Origin: Syntrophales bacterium
Lineage (GTDB): Bacteria > Desulfobacterota > Syntrophia > Syntrophales > PHBD01
Length of the DNA stretch: 64,000 bases
Assembly: GCA_963668175.1 (NCBI GenBank)
Contig: OY764159.1
Coordinates: forward strand, 2,720,001-2,784,000
Reading direction: 5' to 3'
Shown here: positions 10,104-20,517 of the stretch, in pieces
Layout: every line of letters starts with the position of its first letter
How positions within the stretch are numbered: the stretch's first letter is position 1
Notes under the pieces: generated by a model
What the model saw: the letters and a program-made list of their open reading frames with translations, nothing else
Told to the model about the DNA's origin: nothing
The model's database searches: none
Translations under genes and position numbers: made by a program

Positions 10104-10495
10104 GATTCTCCTTTCTGTTGTTACTGCCGTATTATTTCTGTTCAAGCCGGACACGATCATGGAAAATGTGTCGTGCGGCTTTACACACAATACGTGCCTC
10201 CGCGTCGGGAAGCGCAGGGAAAGGAACAAGCCCGAACAGACTACGCTACAAGAGTTGGAAACGTAACAATAATACGAGTGACTTGAAAGGAATGGTGCGA
10301 CCGGAAAAAAGATTCTCGAACTGCCTAGCGAGAGTAGATAAATAGGGTAAATATAAAGCATCGGCAGTGCTTATAAGTCAAGATATATTATGGTTATATT
10401 ATGTTATAGATATAAGTATAACGCCCGATATTCTGGGCGGTCCGTTCCGCATCCTGCCGGGCCGGCATGAGGCATGCCATACAAAGACCATCGCG

Positions 10496-11305
10496 TCATT
10501 CGGAAGAAGATTTGGTCGCTTGTTTCAAGAGTTTATTGCACTCGTTGCCGAATGGAACGGGTGCCCATGCGGGAATCCTCGCCGCGTCTTTCGCGGCCTG
10601 TGCGTCCAGGTCCTTCCAGACGGCGGAAGTATTCGGCACGAAGCGGGACAGCTTGGCCGCGGCGATTCTTTTATTTTCCTGAATCTCTTTGAGATAGATG
10701 CTGGATGGATTCTTGTTCTTCAATCGAATCGAGACCGTCTCCAGCCATTTATAGGCCTCTTTCAGCCTTCCAACGTCGGCGGGCCCTTCCATCAGAACCT
10801 GCGCCAGATTCTCCAAGGCATGATCGTCGCCGTTCATGGCGGCCGCCCGGTACCAATACTCGGCCTTCCTGAGATCCTTCCGGACCTTCTTTTCATAGCC
10901 GCGGAAATTGAAATAAATATCTCCCAAGGTGCTCTGGGCGGAAACATTGCCCTGTTCCGCCGACGCATTCAACAGCCGCATGCCTTCATCCACATTGCCA
11001 TCCGATCGGACGACCATCCAGTAGCCTTTAATATGCCGGGCTTCCGGGTGGCCGTAGAAGGCCGCCTTGTCTTCCCAGTACTTGTATTTCTCCTGATTCT
11101 TCAGATAATGAACGGCGATGCACCAGCAGGCCGTTCCGTCGCCGTTTTCCGCCCTGCGTGTAAGTTCCTGCAACTGTTCGCGATTCAGATGGAAGTCGGG
11201 ATTATCCACCGGCTCGAACGTGACGGCCTCGTAGACCGCCATAATCGCGAATACCAAAACAACCGCCGCAGTAATCATCTTCAGCCATTTTGGCGACATA
11301 TTCAT
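10496..11305 (-). CDS. Sel1-like repeat protein, membrane anchored
   Basis: N-terminal TM; SAEQGNVSAQSTLGDIY...KAEYWYRAAAMNGDDHA repeats. Confidence 0.8.
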   Translation of the reverse strand: MNMSPKWLKMITAAVVLVFAIMAVYEAVTFEPVDNPDFHLNREQLQELTRRAENGDGTACWCIAVHYLKNQEKYKYWEDKAAFYGHPEARHIKGYWMVVRSDGNVDEGMRLLNASAEQGNVSAQSTLGDIYFNFRGYEKKVRKDLRKAEYWYRAAAMNGDDHALENLAQVLMEGPADVGRLKEAYKWLETVSIRLKNKNPSSIYLKEIQENKRIAAAKLSRFVPNTSAVWKDLDAQAAKDAARIPAWAPVPFGNECNKLLKQATKSSSE

Positions 11306-11371
11306 ATATCCGCATCCCTATAAGTGCAGCCTTCTATTCCGGTGCTGAAAAAATGTCATGGCGGAACATAT

Positions 11372-11908
11372 TCACATCTCCCTCGCGATGGCGTGGAGCG
11401 GCCTGCGCGGCGTGGCGCGGGGTCTATCCGCGCCGTGTCCGACGGGCAGCAGGGCGACGGGGATGCGGTCGTCGGCGATCCCCAGGGCGGCCTTGACGGC
11501 ATCGTCGTCGTAGGCCCCGACCCAGGTCGCAGCCAGGCCCAGGGCCGCGACGGCCATCATGGCGAAGGTGCAGGCGATGGTCGCATCCTGAATGGCGTAG
11601 AGGCGCGTGCCGCGCGCGCCGTAGCGCACGGACGAAACGGAAGGCAGTCCCACGAAGGCCAAAACGACCGGCGCCTGGGCGACAAAATGCTGCCCGTAGG
11701 CGGCTGCGGCGAGGAACATTTTGACGGCATCGTCCGTGACGACGATCACCTCGTAGGCCTGGAGGTTCCCGGCGGATGGCGCCGTGCGGACGGCTTCCAG
11801 TATCTGACGGATCTCGTTATCGCCGACCGGCTCCGGGCGGAAAGAACGGACGGAATGCCGCTTTTCGCAAAGCTTCATGAACGATGCATACATGGTTCGA
11901 TCCTCCAA
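11372..11908 (-). CDS. Nitroreductase family protein
   Basis: RHSVRSF, APSAGNLQ, LGLAATWVGA motifs. Confidence 0.92.
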   Translation of the reverse strand: MEDRTMYASFMKLCEKRHSVRSFRPEPVGDNEIRQILEAVRTAPSAGNLQAYEVIVVTDDAVKMFLAAAAYGQHFVAQAPVVLAFVGLPSVSSVRYGARGTRLYAIQDATIACTFAMMAVAALGLAATWVGAYDDDAVKAALGIADDRIPVALLPVGHGADRPRATPRRPLHAIAREM

Positions 11909-11935
11909 AACAGGGTTGGCGGAAACGGGCGCCTG

Positions 11936-12382
11936 TCAGGTTGCCGGAGCCGCCTCCGGCTTGTCCCCCTTATCGCCCCGCCTCGGGACAAAGACTTCCT
12001 TGATGCGCGGCCGCGTCAAATAATACAGCGACCAGACGGGAAGAGGAAAAATAAATACGGTGAAAAATAAAACGGCGCCAATGTTCCTTCCGTGGAAAAC
12101 CGCGGCTACGATAAAAAGAAAGACGTTGAACAAGCCGAAGATAGAGACCATGAACGAGTAGATCAGGGCGATCAACCGCGCCCAGTTTTTTGAGAACAGA
12201 AACCCTATCCCCGCCGCGAGGCCGGCAAGATTCATGAGGAAGGCGAGGGCAAAGGCATGATGCAAATGGGCGGGCAGGCCGGACCGCACATCTGCGAAGT
12301 GGAAAAGTATGATTACGGTACCGCTTCCCGGAATCAAAATATACGCAATCGCCGTATTCCTGATGCCCCTGTGACTCGTCAT
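11936..12382 (-). CDS. Hypothetical 4-TM membrane protein (paralog of 12517-12981)
   Basis: LAGLAAGIG...KNWAR...LIYS...WSLYYLTRPRIK. Confidence 0.7.
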   Translation of the reverse strand: MTSHRGIRNTAIAYILIPGSGTVIILFHFADVRSGLPAHLHHAFALAFLMNLAGLAAGIGFLFSKNWARLIALIYSFMVSIFGLFNVFLFIVAAVFHGRNIGAVLFFTVFIFPLPVWSLYYLTRPRIKEVFVPRRGDKGDKPEAAPAT

Positions 12383-12516
12383 CGCTTCCCCCCGAAACGA
12401 TATTGCCGCGATTTGAAGCAGGCTGCGGGCCTGTTGGTCCTGACACGGTCTCCCGTCTTATTGCAGCGGCAAGCCCATAAGGCGAATCGGCATTTTAAGC
12501 CGGGGTATGTGGGCCG

Positions 12517-12981
12517 TCATGCCGTCGTGACGGGTTCATGCGGCTTATCCGCCGCCGCTTTCGGGACGAAAAGCCCTTTGATGCGCGGCCGTCGCAGGTA
12601 GTAAAGCGACCAGACGGCGAGCGCGAGATAGCAGGCGGCTTCAACCGCATCCGGTGCGGAAAATGTGTACGTGTATTTGCCCGATTTGACGGCCATGATC
12701 AGGATGGACGTGGCGCTGAAGCTCAAGAGCACCGTCGCGAGCGAATAGATGAGAACGAGTCTCCGCGCCCAGTTCTTCATGCGCAGAAGTCCGATCCCGG
12801 CCGCGAGGCCCGCAAGCTCGACAAATAGAACGAGAGCGGAGGCGAAAGGCTGGTCGGGAGGAAGAAGGGACCCGTTGCTTACGGATTCGGCGAGCATCGT
12901 GGCGATCTCGATAACCGAAACCAGGATGAAGAGGATCGCCGTGATCTTGATGCCCTTGGGCGCTGTCGCTGCCTTGTCCAT
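12517..12981 (-). CDS. Hypothetical 4-TM membrane protein (paralog of 11936-12382)
   Basis: LAGLAAGIG...KNWARR...LIYS...WSLYYLRRPRIK. Confidence 0.7.
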   Translation of the reverse strand: MDKAATAPKGIKITAILFILVSVIEIATMLAESVSNGSLLPPDQPFASALVLFVELAGLAAGIGLLRMKNWARRLVLIYSLATVLLSFSATSILIMAVKSGKYTYTFSAPDAVEAACYLALAVWSLYYLRRPRIKGLFVPKAAADKPHEPVTTA

Positions 12982-13184
12982 GATGTCCCGCTTCAGGTCC
13001 TGCCGGCCTCGTTGTGTGCAGATAGAGGGGAACCGCGTTTCTTAACGGCCCTGACCTATACTTGACTATGTATGCGGTGTCCAATAAAATCTTGTCCCGG
13101 CTGCCGGGCTCGCCTGCGAAGATGCGGAGGCCCTATACGACCGGCGGCGACGATAGCGGCTTGAAGGCTTCTCCTCCGGTCATG

Positions 13185-16100
13185 CTACGCCGGATTCGTG
13201 TTATTCCACGGCGGCGACGGCAGAGTAAAATAGAAGGTCGCTCCCTTTCCTTCCTGTCCTTCCGCCCAGACGCGGCCGCCATGGCGGTGCACGACGCGCG
13301 AGACGATGGCCAGCCCCACGCCGGTTCCTTCGTAATCCTCGGCGTTATGGAGGCGCTGGAATACCTGGAACAGGCTGTCGTGGTAGGACATATCGAAGCC
13401 GATGCCGTTGTCTTTCACGAAATAGACGATCTCGCCGCCCCGGACATCGCCCCCCACTTCGACAAGGGCGGGATCGCTCGTCTTCGTGTATTTGACGGCA
13501 TTGGCAAGGAGGTTCATCCAGGCCTGTCTGAGAAGCGTCGTGTCGCCGTAGCCGTCGGGCAGGCCGTTCATCGCGATGCGGATGTCCCTGTCCGCGTTCG
13601 CCGACGAGAGGTCTTTCCATAAATCGCCGACCAGGGCGTCCATGGCGATCCGCGAAAAGGACATCTTCGTTCTGCCCAGGCGGGACAGGGCCAGGAGATC
13701 CTCGATAAGCTGGCCCATCGTCCGGACATTCTCCCTGATGACACCGAACTTGCGGAGCGAATCGCCGTCTAATGACGGCCCGTGCTTCTTCATCAGCATC
13801 CTCGAGAAACCGTCGATGGCGCGGAGCGGCGCCCGCAGATCGTGGGAGACGGAGTAGCTGAAGCTCTCCAGCTCCCTGTTGGCTTCTTCGAGGGCGGATG
13901 CGTGTCTCTTGATCTCCTCTTCGGCCAGGGCGCGGTCGATGGTATCGGCGGCGTGGCGCGCCAGGAGATCGAGGAGCCGGGCCGTATGTTCGTCAAGGCG
14001 GTGCGGGGCCTTATGGTGCGTGGAGAACATGCCGAGGGGTTTCCCCGCGCGGCTGACGAGGGGCGTGGACTGGACGGCCCGGACACCGGCGCGCAGCTGG
14101 ATATCCAGGGCTTCGGTGCCGGCGAATATCGAACTCTTTTCGACATCCTCCACGACGACGCGCTCTCCGTTCCTGAGGGCCGTGCCACACGAGCCCCGGC
14201 CCTCGGAAACGCGGTTCCAGAAATCGAGCCACCACTGCGGGAACCCGCGATGGGCGACGATCTTCAGATCCTGCGTCCGCGGATCGAGGAGCTGGATGTT
14301 CCCGAAATCTGCTCCGGTAATGGCAATGGCCGCATCGACAATCTGGGTCAGGATGGCCTCCATGTTCCCTTCCTGCAGAAACAGGGAACCGAGTCTCTGC
14401 AGCCTGGTCATGACTTCCAAATCGGCGCGGAGCGTCTCCTCCGTCCGGACGTACTGTATCAGGTCGGCGGCCTGACGGGCGAGCAGGTCGATCCGCCAGA
14501 GGTCCCGGCCTCTTGGCTTGTGCGGAACGCCCCACTGGGCCGTGAGGATGCCCAGGAGCTCCCCGCCGCGGCCGATCAGGGGCGTGGACAGTACGGCCCG
14601 AACGCCCGCCTCGCGAAGAACCGGAAGCGACGGCGTCCCGGCAAAAAGGGCGCTTTCCTCCACATCGGGGACGATGACGCGTTTGCCGCTCGACAGGGCC
14701 TCGCCGCAGACCGAAGCCCGGTTCTCGGCGGAGGCGAAGAATTCCAGAAAAGGCTCCCGGTGGCCGTGGTGGGCCAGGATTCGGAGGCTGCGGTCTTCCA
14801 GGAGTTGCAGAGTGCCGCGGTCGGCCTTCAGGATAGCCACCGCCGCGTCCATCACTTCCTGGAGCTGCGGCTGCAGGCCCCCTTTGTCCATGAGCATCCC
14901 GCTCAATGCATGCATCCGGGTGAGGGCGGCCAGGTCTTCCTCCCTGCGTTCCTCGGCCTGTTTGCGGTCGGTGATGTCCAGCGTGACGCCGACGTAGCGG
15001 ATCAGCTTTCCTTCCCCGTCGAAGTAGGGCTGCGCGCGGTTGTACAGCCACCGCACATTGCCGTCCGGCCGGACGATCCGGTGCTCGATCTCGTAGAGCG
15101 AACCGCTTTGCATGGCGGCCGTGAACTTCCCATGCAGGGAGGCCGCGTCGTCGGGATGGATGTGTTTCGCAAGGAGCAGGTCGTACGGGGGCGACGGCCC
15201 CGCGGGATCGAGGCCGTAGATGCGGTACTCTTCCTCGGACCAGACCGTGGTCTGCGTGGCGGCTTCGTACTCGAACGTCCCGACGTGGCCGATTTTCTGG
15301 CCCTCCGAGAGGATGTTCTTCATCTTCTCCAGGGCTTCCCGCGCCTGCTTGCGTTCGGTGATGTCGCGGACGAAGCAGGTATTCACCCACCCGACGGGCA
15401 GTTCCCGGGCAAAGGCGGATATCTCCACGGGCAGAAGCGTTCCGTCTTTACGGCGCACTTCGATCTCGGCGGTGCTGCGGGAGGCCGCCCCGCCGGATAC
15501 CGCACGGGGGACGTCGATAAGTTCCTTCACGGCCGGCACATACTTCTCCGGAATGAGCGTTCCCAGGAAGGGCGCGCCCGTCGTCTCTTCCTTCGTGTAG
15601 CCGAAAAGCGTCCCGGCCCCGGAATTCCAGAGGATGATCCGGTTCTCCCGGTCGTAGGAAACGATCGCGTCCGTGGCCGCTTCGACCAGGGAGTAGAGGC
15701 TCGCCTCCGCCTCCAGGAAGAAGCCGGAGATCACGTCTTCCAGGGCCTGTCCTTTCCGTCTGCTTTGATGCATGGAGGCGAGAACGGCGGTCAGCGCAAA
15801 GACGGAGCCGATGTAATTGGTGATGCGCCCGGCCCAGCCGATGGGGCTGCCGACGCCCTTCTGGATGAAGAAGGCGAAGAGCCCGAAGGCCATCATGGCG
15901 AGACCCAGGGAATACCAGTAGAAGAAGACGGATTTCGTCTTCTGATAGTTGTCCATGAAGAAGACCGCGGAGAGGAGATAGAAGAAGATCGCGAGCCCCA
16001 GGACGACCTGTCTCAAGGCGGTCGGGCCTTGCCCCTGAACGAAAAAGAATGGAATCAGCCCTTCCAGGGTCGCGAACGTGAACAGGACGATGAAGGCGAA

Positions 16101-16556
16101 AATGGCCGTGTAGGCGGCGGTCACGGCCAGCCTCCCCGGGATGGACCGCCAATGGGTCTTTCCGGAGGAGCTGAAGAGAGCGCCGGCGATGTGAAAGAGC
16201 GCGCCGGCCAGGGCGCCCGTATTGTAGACGGTGACGTTGAGGTTCGCCCCGTTCTGGGCCGGTCTCAGCCAGCCCGCCATGGCCGCGCTGATGCCGAAGC
16301 TGAGCATGCCGCAGCCCATGAGAAAAATGCTCAGGGAGCTGTTTTTGATGAAGATCCGTGCCGCGAAGAAGGCGATGGCCACCGGGATGACGGCGGCGAA
16401 AAGCGTGTTGGTGACGGGGAGGAGGTACGGCGGCTCGAAGATGAAGCGGAAGTCGGCGATATAGAGGACGACGATGCAGACGACGGATGCAACGACGACA
16501 AACATGCCGATTCGTTTCGCATCATACAGCTCTATTGCCGCGGGTTTTTTCGACAT
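13185..16556 (-). CDS. Membrane sensor histidine kinase (multi-TM, 2 PAS, 2 GAF, HisKA, HATPase)
   Basis: SYSVSHDLRAPL H-box; NLLANAVKY, DNGIGF, GTGVGLAIV boxes; PAS ends RDITERK/DITDRK; two paralogous GAF domains. Confidence 0.95.
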   Translation of the reverse strand: MSKKPAAIELYDAKRIGMFVVVASVVCIVVLYIADFRFIFEPPYLLPVTNTLFAAVIPVAIAFFAARIFIKNSSLSIFLMGCGMLSFGISAAMAGWLRPAQNGANLNVTVYNTGALAGALFHIAGALFSSSGKTHWRSIPGRLAVTAAYTAIFAFIVLFTFATLEGLIPFFFVQGQGPTALRQVVLGLAIFFYLLSAVFFMDNYQKTKSVFFYWYSLGLAMMAFGLFAFFIQKGVGSPIGWAGRITNYIGSVFALTAVLASMHQSRRKGQALEDVISGFFLEAEASLYSLVEAATDAIVSYDRENRIILWNSGAGTLFGYTKEETTGAPFLGTLIPEKYVPAVKELIDVPRAVSGGAASRSTAEIEVRRKDGTLLPVEISAFARELPVGWVNTCFVRDITERKQAREALEKMKNILSEGQKIGHVGTFEYEAATQTTVWSEEEYRIYGLDPAGPSPPYDLLLAKHIHPDDAASLHGKFTAAMQSGSLYEIEHRIVRPDGNVRWLYNRAQPYFDGEGKLIRYVGVTLDITDRKQAEERREEDLAALTRMHALSGMLMDKGGLQPQLQEVMDAAVAILKADRGTLQLLEDRSLRILAHHGHREPFLEFFASAENRASVCGEALSSGKRVIVPDVEESALFAGTPSLPVLREAGVRAVLSTPLIGRGGELLGILTAQWGVPHKPRGRDLWRIDLLARQAADLIQYVRTEETLRADLEVMTRLQRLGSLFLQEGNMEAILTQIVDAAIAITGADFGNIQLLDPRTQDLKIVAHRGFPQWWLDFWNRVSEGRGSCGTALRNGERVVVEDVEKSSIFAGTEALDIQLRAGVRAVQSTPLVSRAGKPLGMFSTHHKAPHRLDEHTARLLDLLARHAADTIDRALAEEEIKRHASALEEANRELESFSYSVSHDLRAPLRAIDGFSRMLMKKHGPSLDGDSLRKFGVIRENVRTMGQLIEDLLALSRLGRTKMSFSRIAMDALVGDLWKDLSSANADRDIRIAMNGLPDGYGDTTLLRQAWMNLLANAVKYTKTSDPALVEVGGDVRGGEIVYFVKDNGIGFDMSYHDSLFQVFQRLHNAEDYEGTGVGLAIVSRVVHRHGGRVWAEGQEGKGATFYFTLPSPPWNNTNPA

Positions 16557-16740
16557 GGCTCTTACGCTCGTATATGGGAAGTCGCTTGCCCAGATTAGAA
16601 CCGGAAGAGTTTCAATCGACCTTATGGATGGAATTCAACATATTTTCGGCTTGCCGTCAACTAAAGGTTTCGGAAGGAAACATGCGGATCGGGACGTTTT
16701 ATGCGGACGGTGCCAGGATACGGGTATCCTGCGGCGCAAT

Positions 16741-17646
16741 CTACGACGGGCGGCTCGCCCCCCGCTCCGCCCACGTGTGCGTTCCGAAGCGGCGGCACGA
16801 CTCGCTGGCGACGCCCGCGGCAAGCTCCAGGGACCGCGCGAAGTCCCCGTTCGTCCCGTAATAATGGCAGAAGGCCCCGTGGAGGACGTCCCCCGCGCCG
16901 AGGGTGTCCACGGCATCGACCTGCGGCACGGGTATCCGTTTCGCCGCGCCGTTTTCGGAGGCGAGGATCGGCTCCCCGTCGTGCGTGAACGCGACCTTCC
17001 CGATGCCCTGGCGGTGCAACTCCGCGATCGTTTCTTCCCTGCCGGGGAATCCGGGGATCCGGAACCGTTCGCTGCAGATGGCGACATCGACGAGGGGGAT
17101 CAGGCCGCCCGTCGTCTCCTTCCAGCTTCCGCCGTCGAAAACGATGACGGCCCCCTTGCGCTTCCAGCCTTCTATCCAGGCCAGCCGGCCGCCTTCCAAC
17201 TCGTAGCCGTCGACGAGGACCATGCCGGGCGCGGGGATGTCCGCCGGGTCGAAGGGGCATGATGCCGGATCGATGGCCCGCTTCGGCGTGTTGAGGATGG
17301 TCCGGGAGCCTTTGCCGGGGTTGACGACGATGGACGACATGGGCAGGTCGAAGGGCGCGTCCCCGGCGAGATCGAAGACGGCGAGGCCGTACCTGTTTTG
17401 GGCCTGCGCCTTGACGAGGGAGCCGAACACCCCGTTGCCGAACGCGGAGACGACCGTGCCTTTCCCGCCCAGAAGCGAGAACGTGACGGCGGCGTTCAGG
17501 GCCGTGCCGCCGGGCTGCAGGACGAACGCCTCGGAGAAGACCTTGTCGTTCTCCGCCGGGAAGTCCGCAACGACATAGGACAGATCGATCGTCGCCCTGC
17601 CGAAAAAGATGGTTTCCAAGATTTCCGCCTCGCCTGCCGTAATCAA
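16741..17646 (-). CDS. PfkB-family carbohydrate kinase
   Basis: PGGTALNAA and VDTLGAGDVLHGAF signatures. Confidence 0.92.
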   Translation of the reverse strand: MITAGEAEILETIFFGRATIDLSYVVADFPAENDKVFSEAFVLQPGGTALNAAVTFSLLGGKGTVVSAFGNGVFGSLVKAQAQNRYGLAVFDLAGDAPFDLPMSSIVVNPGKGSRTILNTPKRAIDPASCPFDPADIPAPGMVLVDGYELEGGRLAWIEGWKRKGAVIVFDGGSWKETTGGLIPLVDVAICSERFRIPGFPGREETIAELHRQGIGKVAFTHDGEPILASENGAAKRIPVPQVDAVDTLGAGDVLHGAFCHYYGTNGDFARSLELAAGVASESCRRFGTHTWAERGASRPS

Positions 17647-17953
17647 TCGACTATGGGCAAGATGTACCGCCTAAATCGCCCGGGCGCAAGGGAATAGTTG
17701 AGGCGGGCGGCGGGGCGTCGAACCGCGATGCCCTCTTGCAGATCGAATGTAACGCCGTGCATCGGAAGCCGGCGGACCGTTGTCTCAAGAGGAGCACCGA
17801 CGCGTTTTCGCTTGCCGGCATGCCGTCGCACATGGCCGTGAGGCGGACGCCGTTTTCGCCCGGGGGCAGGCCGTCGTGCCGGCAGCCGGTCAGGCGTCTC
17901 AAATTGCCGCCGCAGCGCGATAAACGGGGGGCCGCCGATAGAAGATGCCGTCC

Positions 17954-18526
17954 CTACCGTCTGGTGCTGGACCCGACCCCGACTCCCGGCATGACATACC
18001 ATGCGTCCGCGACGGTCAGATTCATTTTTTCCTGCACTTTTTCGCCGTCGACGATCAATGTCAGGAGGATGCCGTTCTCCCCGAACGGCAGGAAGTTCGG
18101 CTCCCACCAGCAGGCCCTCGGGTCGAGGCAGAACCAGAAGGCCATGGCGTTGGGGGAGAGGTTCCTCATGAATGTCCTGTTGCCGATGATCCTTTCGTTG
18201 CGCCTGGGGGCGTCACGGTTCCCGACGACGATTCCCTGGTAATAGAACCCGCCGTTGGTCGCGCCGTTGTGGATGAATTGGGTCCGGTTCCAGTCTATTT
18301 CGATATCGGCGTCGGTTTTGTTCTCGATGGTGAGAACGAGCGTCGTAAAGCCGCGGTACTCGACCATTTTGGTCCCGTTCCAGCTGGTGTAATCCGGAAC
18401 GATGGAGGCGTTGAATTGGGGTCTTGCGACAGCGGCCGCTTTTCTCGGATCGCTCCATTTGGTGGGCGCTTTCGTGCAGCCGAAGAGAACAAGAACGCAG
18501 AAGAGAGCAATCGATATTTTCTTCAT
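17954..18526 (-). CDS. Hypothetical lipoprotein
   Basis: MKKISIALFCVLVLFGC lipobox. Confidence 0.7.
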   Translation of the reverse strand: MKKISIALFCVLVLFGCTKAPTKWSDPRKAAAVARPQFNASIVPDYTSWNGTKMVEYRGFTTLVLTIENKTDADIEIDWNRTQFIHNGATNGGFYYQGIVVGNRDAPRRNERIIGNRTFMRNLSPNAMAFWFCLDPRACWWEPNFLPFGENGILLTLIVDGEKVQEKMNLTVADAWYVMPGVGVGSSTRR

Positions 18527-18591
18527 CTTCCCCCTCTTGGACGAATGCCGTTCACTTGCCGAGGCGGCAGCATTTCGTCGTATGATCAGAT

Positions 18592-18912
18592 TCACGGTTT
18601 CCGGGCTCGCGGGCTTTGGCGGGCGAGCCCCATGGCGCCCGCATGCCGCCGGAAAGCCCGGCCGCGAGCATCGTCAAGCCGCGGCATAATAGGGTATCGG
18701 GCGAATGGCCTCGTCATGGTCCTCGATAGCCTGCCGATATCGTGTCGGTCCGAAATAGGCGGTTCCCCGGGTTGCGTTTCTCCGGCGATATCTCCCGGAT
18801 TCGGCGTCTGCGGCGTTGTGCCGGCGGCGCTCACGACGGCGAGGGGACGGAAAAGGACGACAGGCGGAAAGATGAGGACGACAAAAAGAAAGGCGGCAGA
18901 GATGCGCTTCAT
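18592..18912 (-). CDS. Hypothetical secreted or membrane protein
   Basis: AAGGA RBS; hydrophobic N-terminus. Confidence 0.4.
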   Translation of the reverse strand: MKRISAAFLFVVLIFPPVVLFRPLAVVSAAGTTPQTPNPGDIAGETQPGEPPISDRHDIGRLSRTMTRPFARYPIMPRLDDARGRAFRRHAGAMGLARQSPRARKP

Positions 18913-19128
18913 GATCCGTTTGTCCTTCGTGGCGGTCTATATAGTCGTATGGCGGTGAATCGTGCGGAATTTAAGCGGAGATATAAAATAGCTGCGATTT
19001 AATGTCAATACTATATTGCTATATTTCATCATGAATATACACGAAATAGGAGCAATCCGGGCGGCGGACCGGGGGGCGTGCCGGGAGACAGGGTGCGGCG
19101 GCGGGGCGAACGAAATGCCCGCCTTCGT

Positions 19129-19680
19129 CTATTGCAGGGAGGCCACGCACTTCTTCAAATTGCTGTCCTTGAGGATTTCGACGGTGATCTTGTCGATCAT
19201 GGCGTAGGCCCTCTGTTCGAGATATTCCTGGTCCCGCTTTTCCGGCGGCGGCATTTTTATCGTGTACCGCTTCCTGTAAAGCTGCTCCTCGTCCCGGCGT
19301 ATATCGATCTCCACGACGATTTCCCGGTCCGAGAAGCCGAACAGGTACCACCTCAGTTCCGGGATGATCTTCGAGGAGGGCATGGCGTCGTACAGCTTGA
19401 TTCCCGAATGCCTGAGGGCCGTCTGGAATACCTTGTAGAAATAGGACGACACGGAAGGATGGCTGGTGTATCGTTCTTGCGAGTCGACGCTGTAATAGTA
19501 GCCGAGCGTCGTGTTGTCGGCCCGGTTGTAGAAGACAAAAAGCAGCGATTTGCCTTTGTACTCGGCATAATCGGCGGTGGAAAAGGCAGGGTCGTACCGG
19601 TCCGGGCTGAGCCAGACGCGGGAACATCCGCACAGAAGGCAAAAGGCGCACAAGAGCACAATCCATTTGTTTTTCATCAT
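19129..19680 (-). CDS. Hypothetical lipoprotein
   Basis: MMKNKWIVLLCAFCLLCGC lipobox. Confidence 0.72.
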   Translation of the reverse strand: MMKNKWIVLLCAFCLLCGCSRVWLSPDRYDPAFSTADYAEYKGKSLLFVFYNRADNTTLGYYYSVDSQERYTSHPSVSSYFYKVFQTALRHSGIKLYDAMPSSKIIPELRWYLFGFSDREIVVEIDIRRDEEQLYRKRYTIKMPPPEKRDQEYLEQRAYAMIDKITVEILKDSNLKKCVASLQ

Positions 19681-20177
19681 TCCCCCAAATCAATGAAGTG
19701 TCTATGCGTAAGCCGACCCGGCGAAGATCGCCGGGGACGGCCTTGCAAGCCGTGTGGCGCAAAACGGATGTCCGGCAGCATTGCCCCCGGCGTACAAAAC
19801 GGCGCATTTGAGTAAGAGAAGATATATATTTATAGGATAAAATATAACTTAAATCCAGTCTTTTTCTTATACACCACAGGGTCGGCAGGAGGTTGTGCCG
19901 GGTGGCAGTGGGGGGGCAGTCCTTCGGGGGCGGGGGAAAGGATCGGTGCGCGGGAGTAGGGGCGCAGACGAAGCGCGGGGGCGGGGCAGGGCGTGAGGAA
20001 TATTGAAGGCAAAGGGTGAGCGACGCGAGCGGGGCAGGGTGGACAGGTCGGCAAGAACGAGGCAGATGAAAAGGGGGCGATGACGGCGGAATGGGGTGAG
20101 GGGCTACGGGGCGAGGGTGGAGCGAGGCAGCGGGGCAAAGGGCGCGGCCGGGTTGGGGGAGATAGCGGCAGGGCGGG

Positions 20178-20429
20178 TTACGACGGGACGTTGCAGGAAT
20201 AGTGGATGCGGCAGGCGCCGCAGTAGCCGCAGCTGGTGCAGCAAAGGACGTTGTCCGTCCCGCAGTCGGGGCATTTCGATTTGACCGGGCTCCTCATCCC
20301 GCCCTGGTCCTTTTCGCACGAGTTGTGCAAATGGCACCTCCCGCAATACCCGCAGAAGGAGCAGCACAACACGTTGTCCGCGCAGGTCCGCGTCGGACAT
20401 TTGGCAACGGCCGGCGTCTTCATTCCCAT
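20178..20429 (-). CDS. Cys-rich small protein with two tandem repeats (metallothionein or zinc-binding-like)
   Basis: AAGGAG RBS; 83 aa with 16 Cys; repeat CP..C..DNVLCC..CGYCG.C..H.SC present twice. Confidence 0.7.
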   Translation of the reverse strand: MGMKTPAVAKCPTRTCADNVLCCSFCGYCGRCHLHNSCEKDQGGMRSPVKSKCPDCGTDNVLCCTSCGYCGACRIHYSCNVPS

Positions 20430-20517
20430 GGGGGCTCCTTTCGCTTGGGTGGGGATGGACGACGTTACCTCCTGATAAGATTAGCGAGCCGGAAACAAAG
20501 AGACGATGTGAAATTAA

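Noticed and set aside
13782..16598. Long opposite-strand or alternate-frame ORFs (e.g. 13782-16598, 34806-37958, 35836-38016, 28323-29759)
   Set aside because: Shadow ORFs of high-GC genes, overlapping well-supported CDSs and lacking recognisable motifs.
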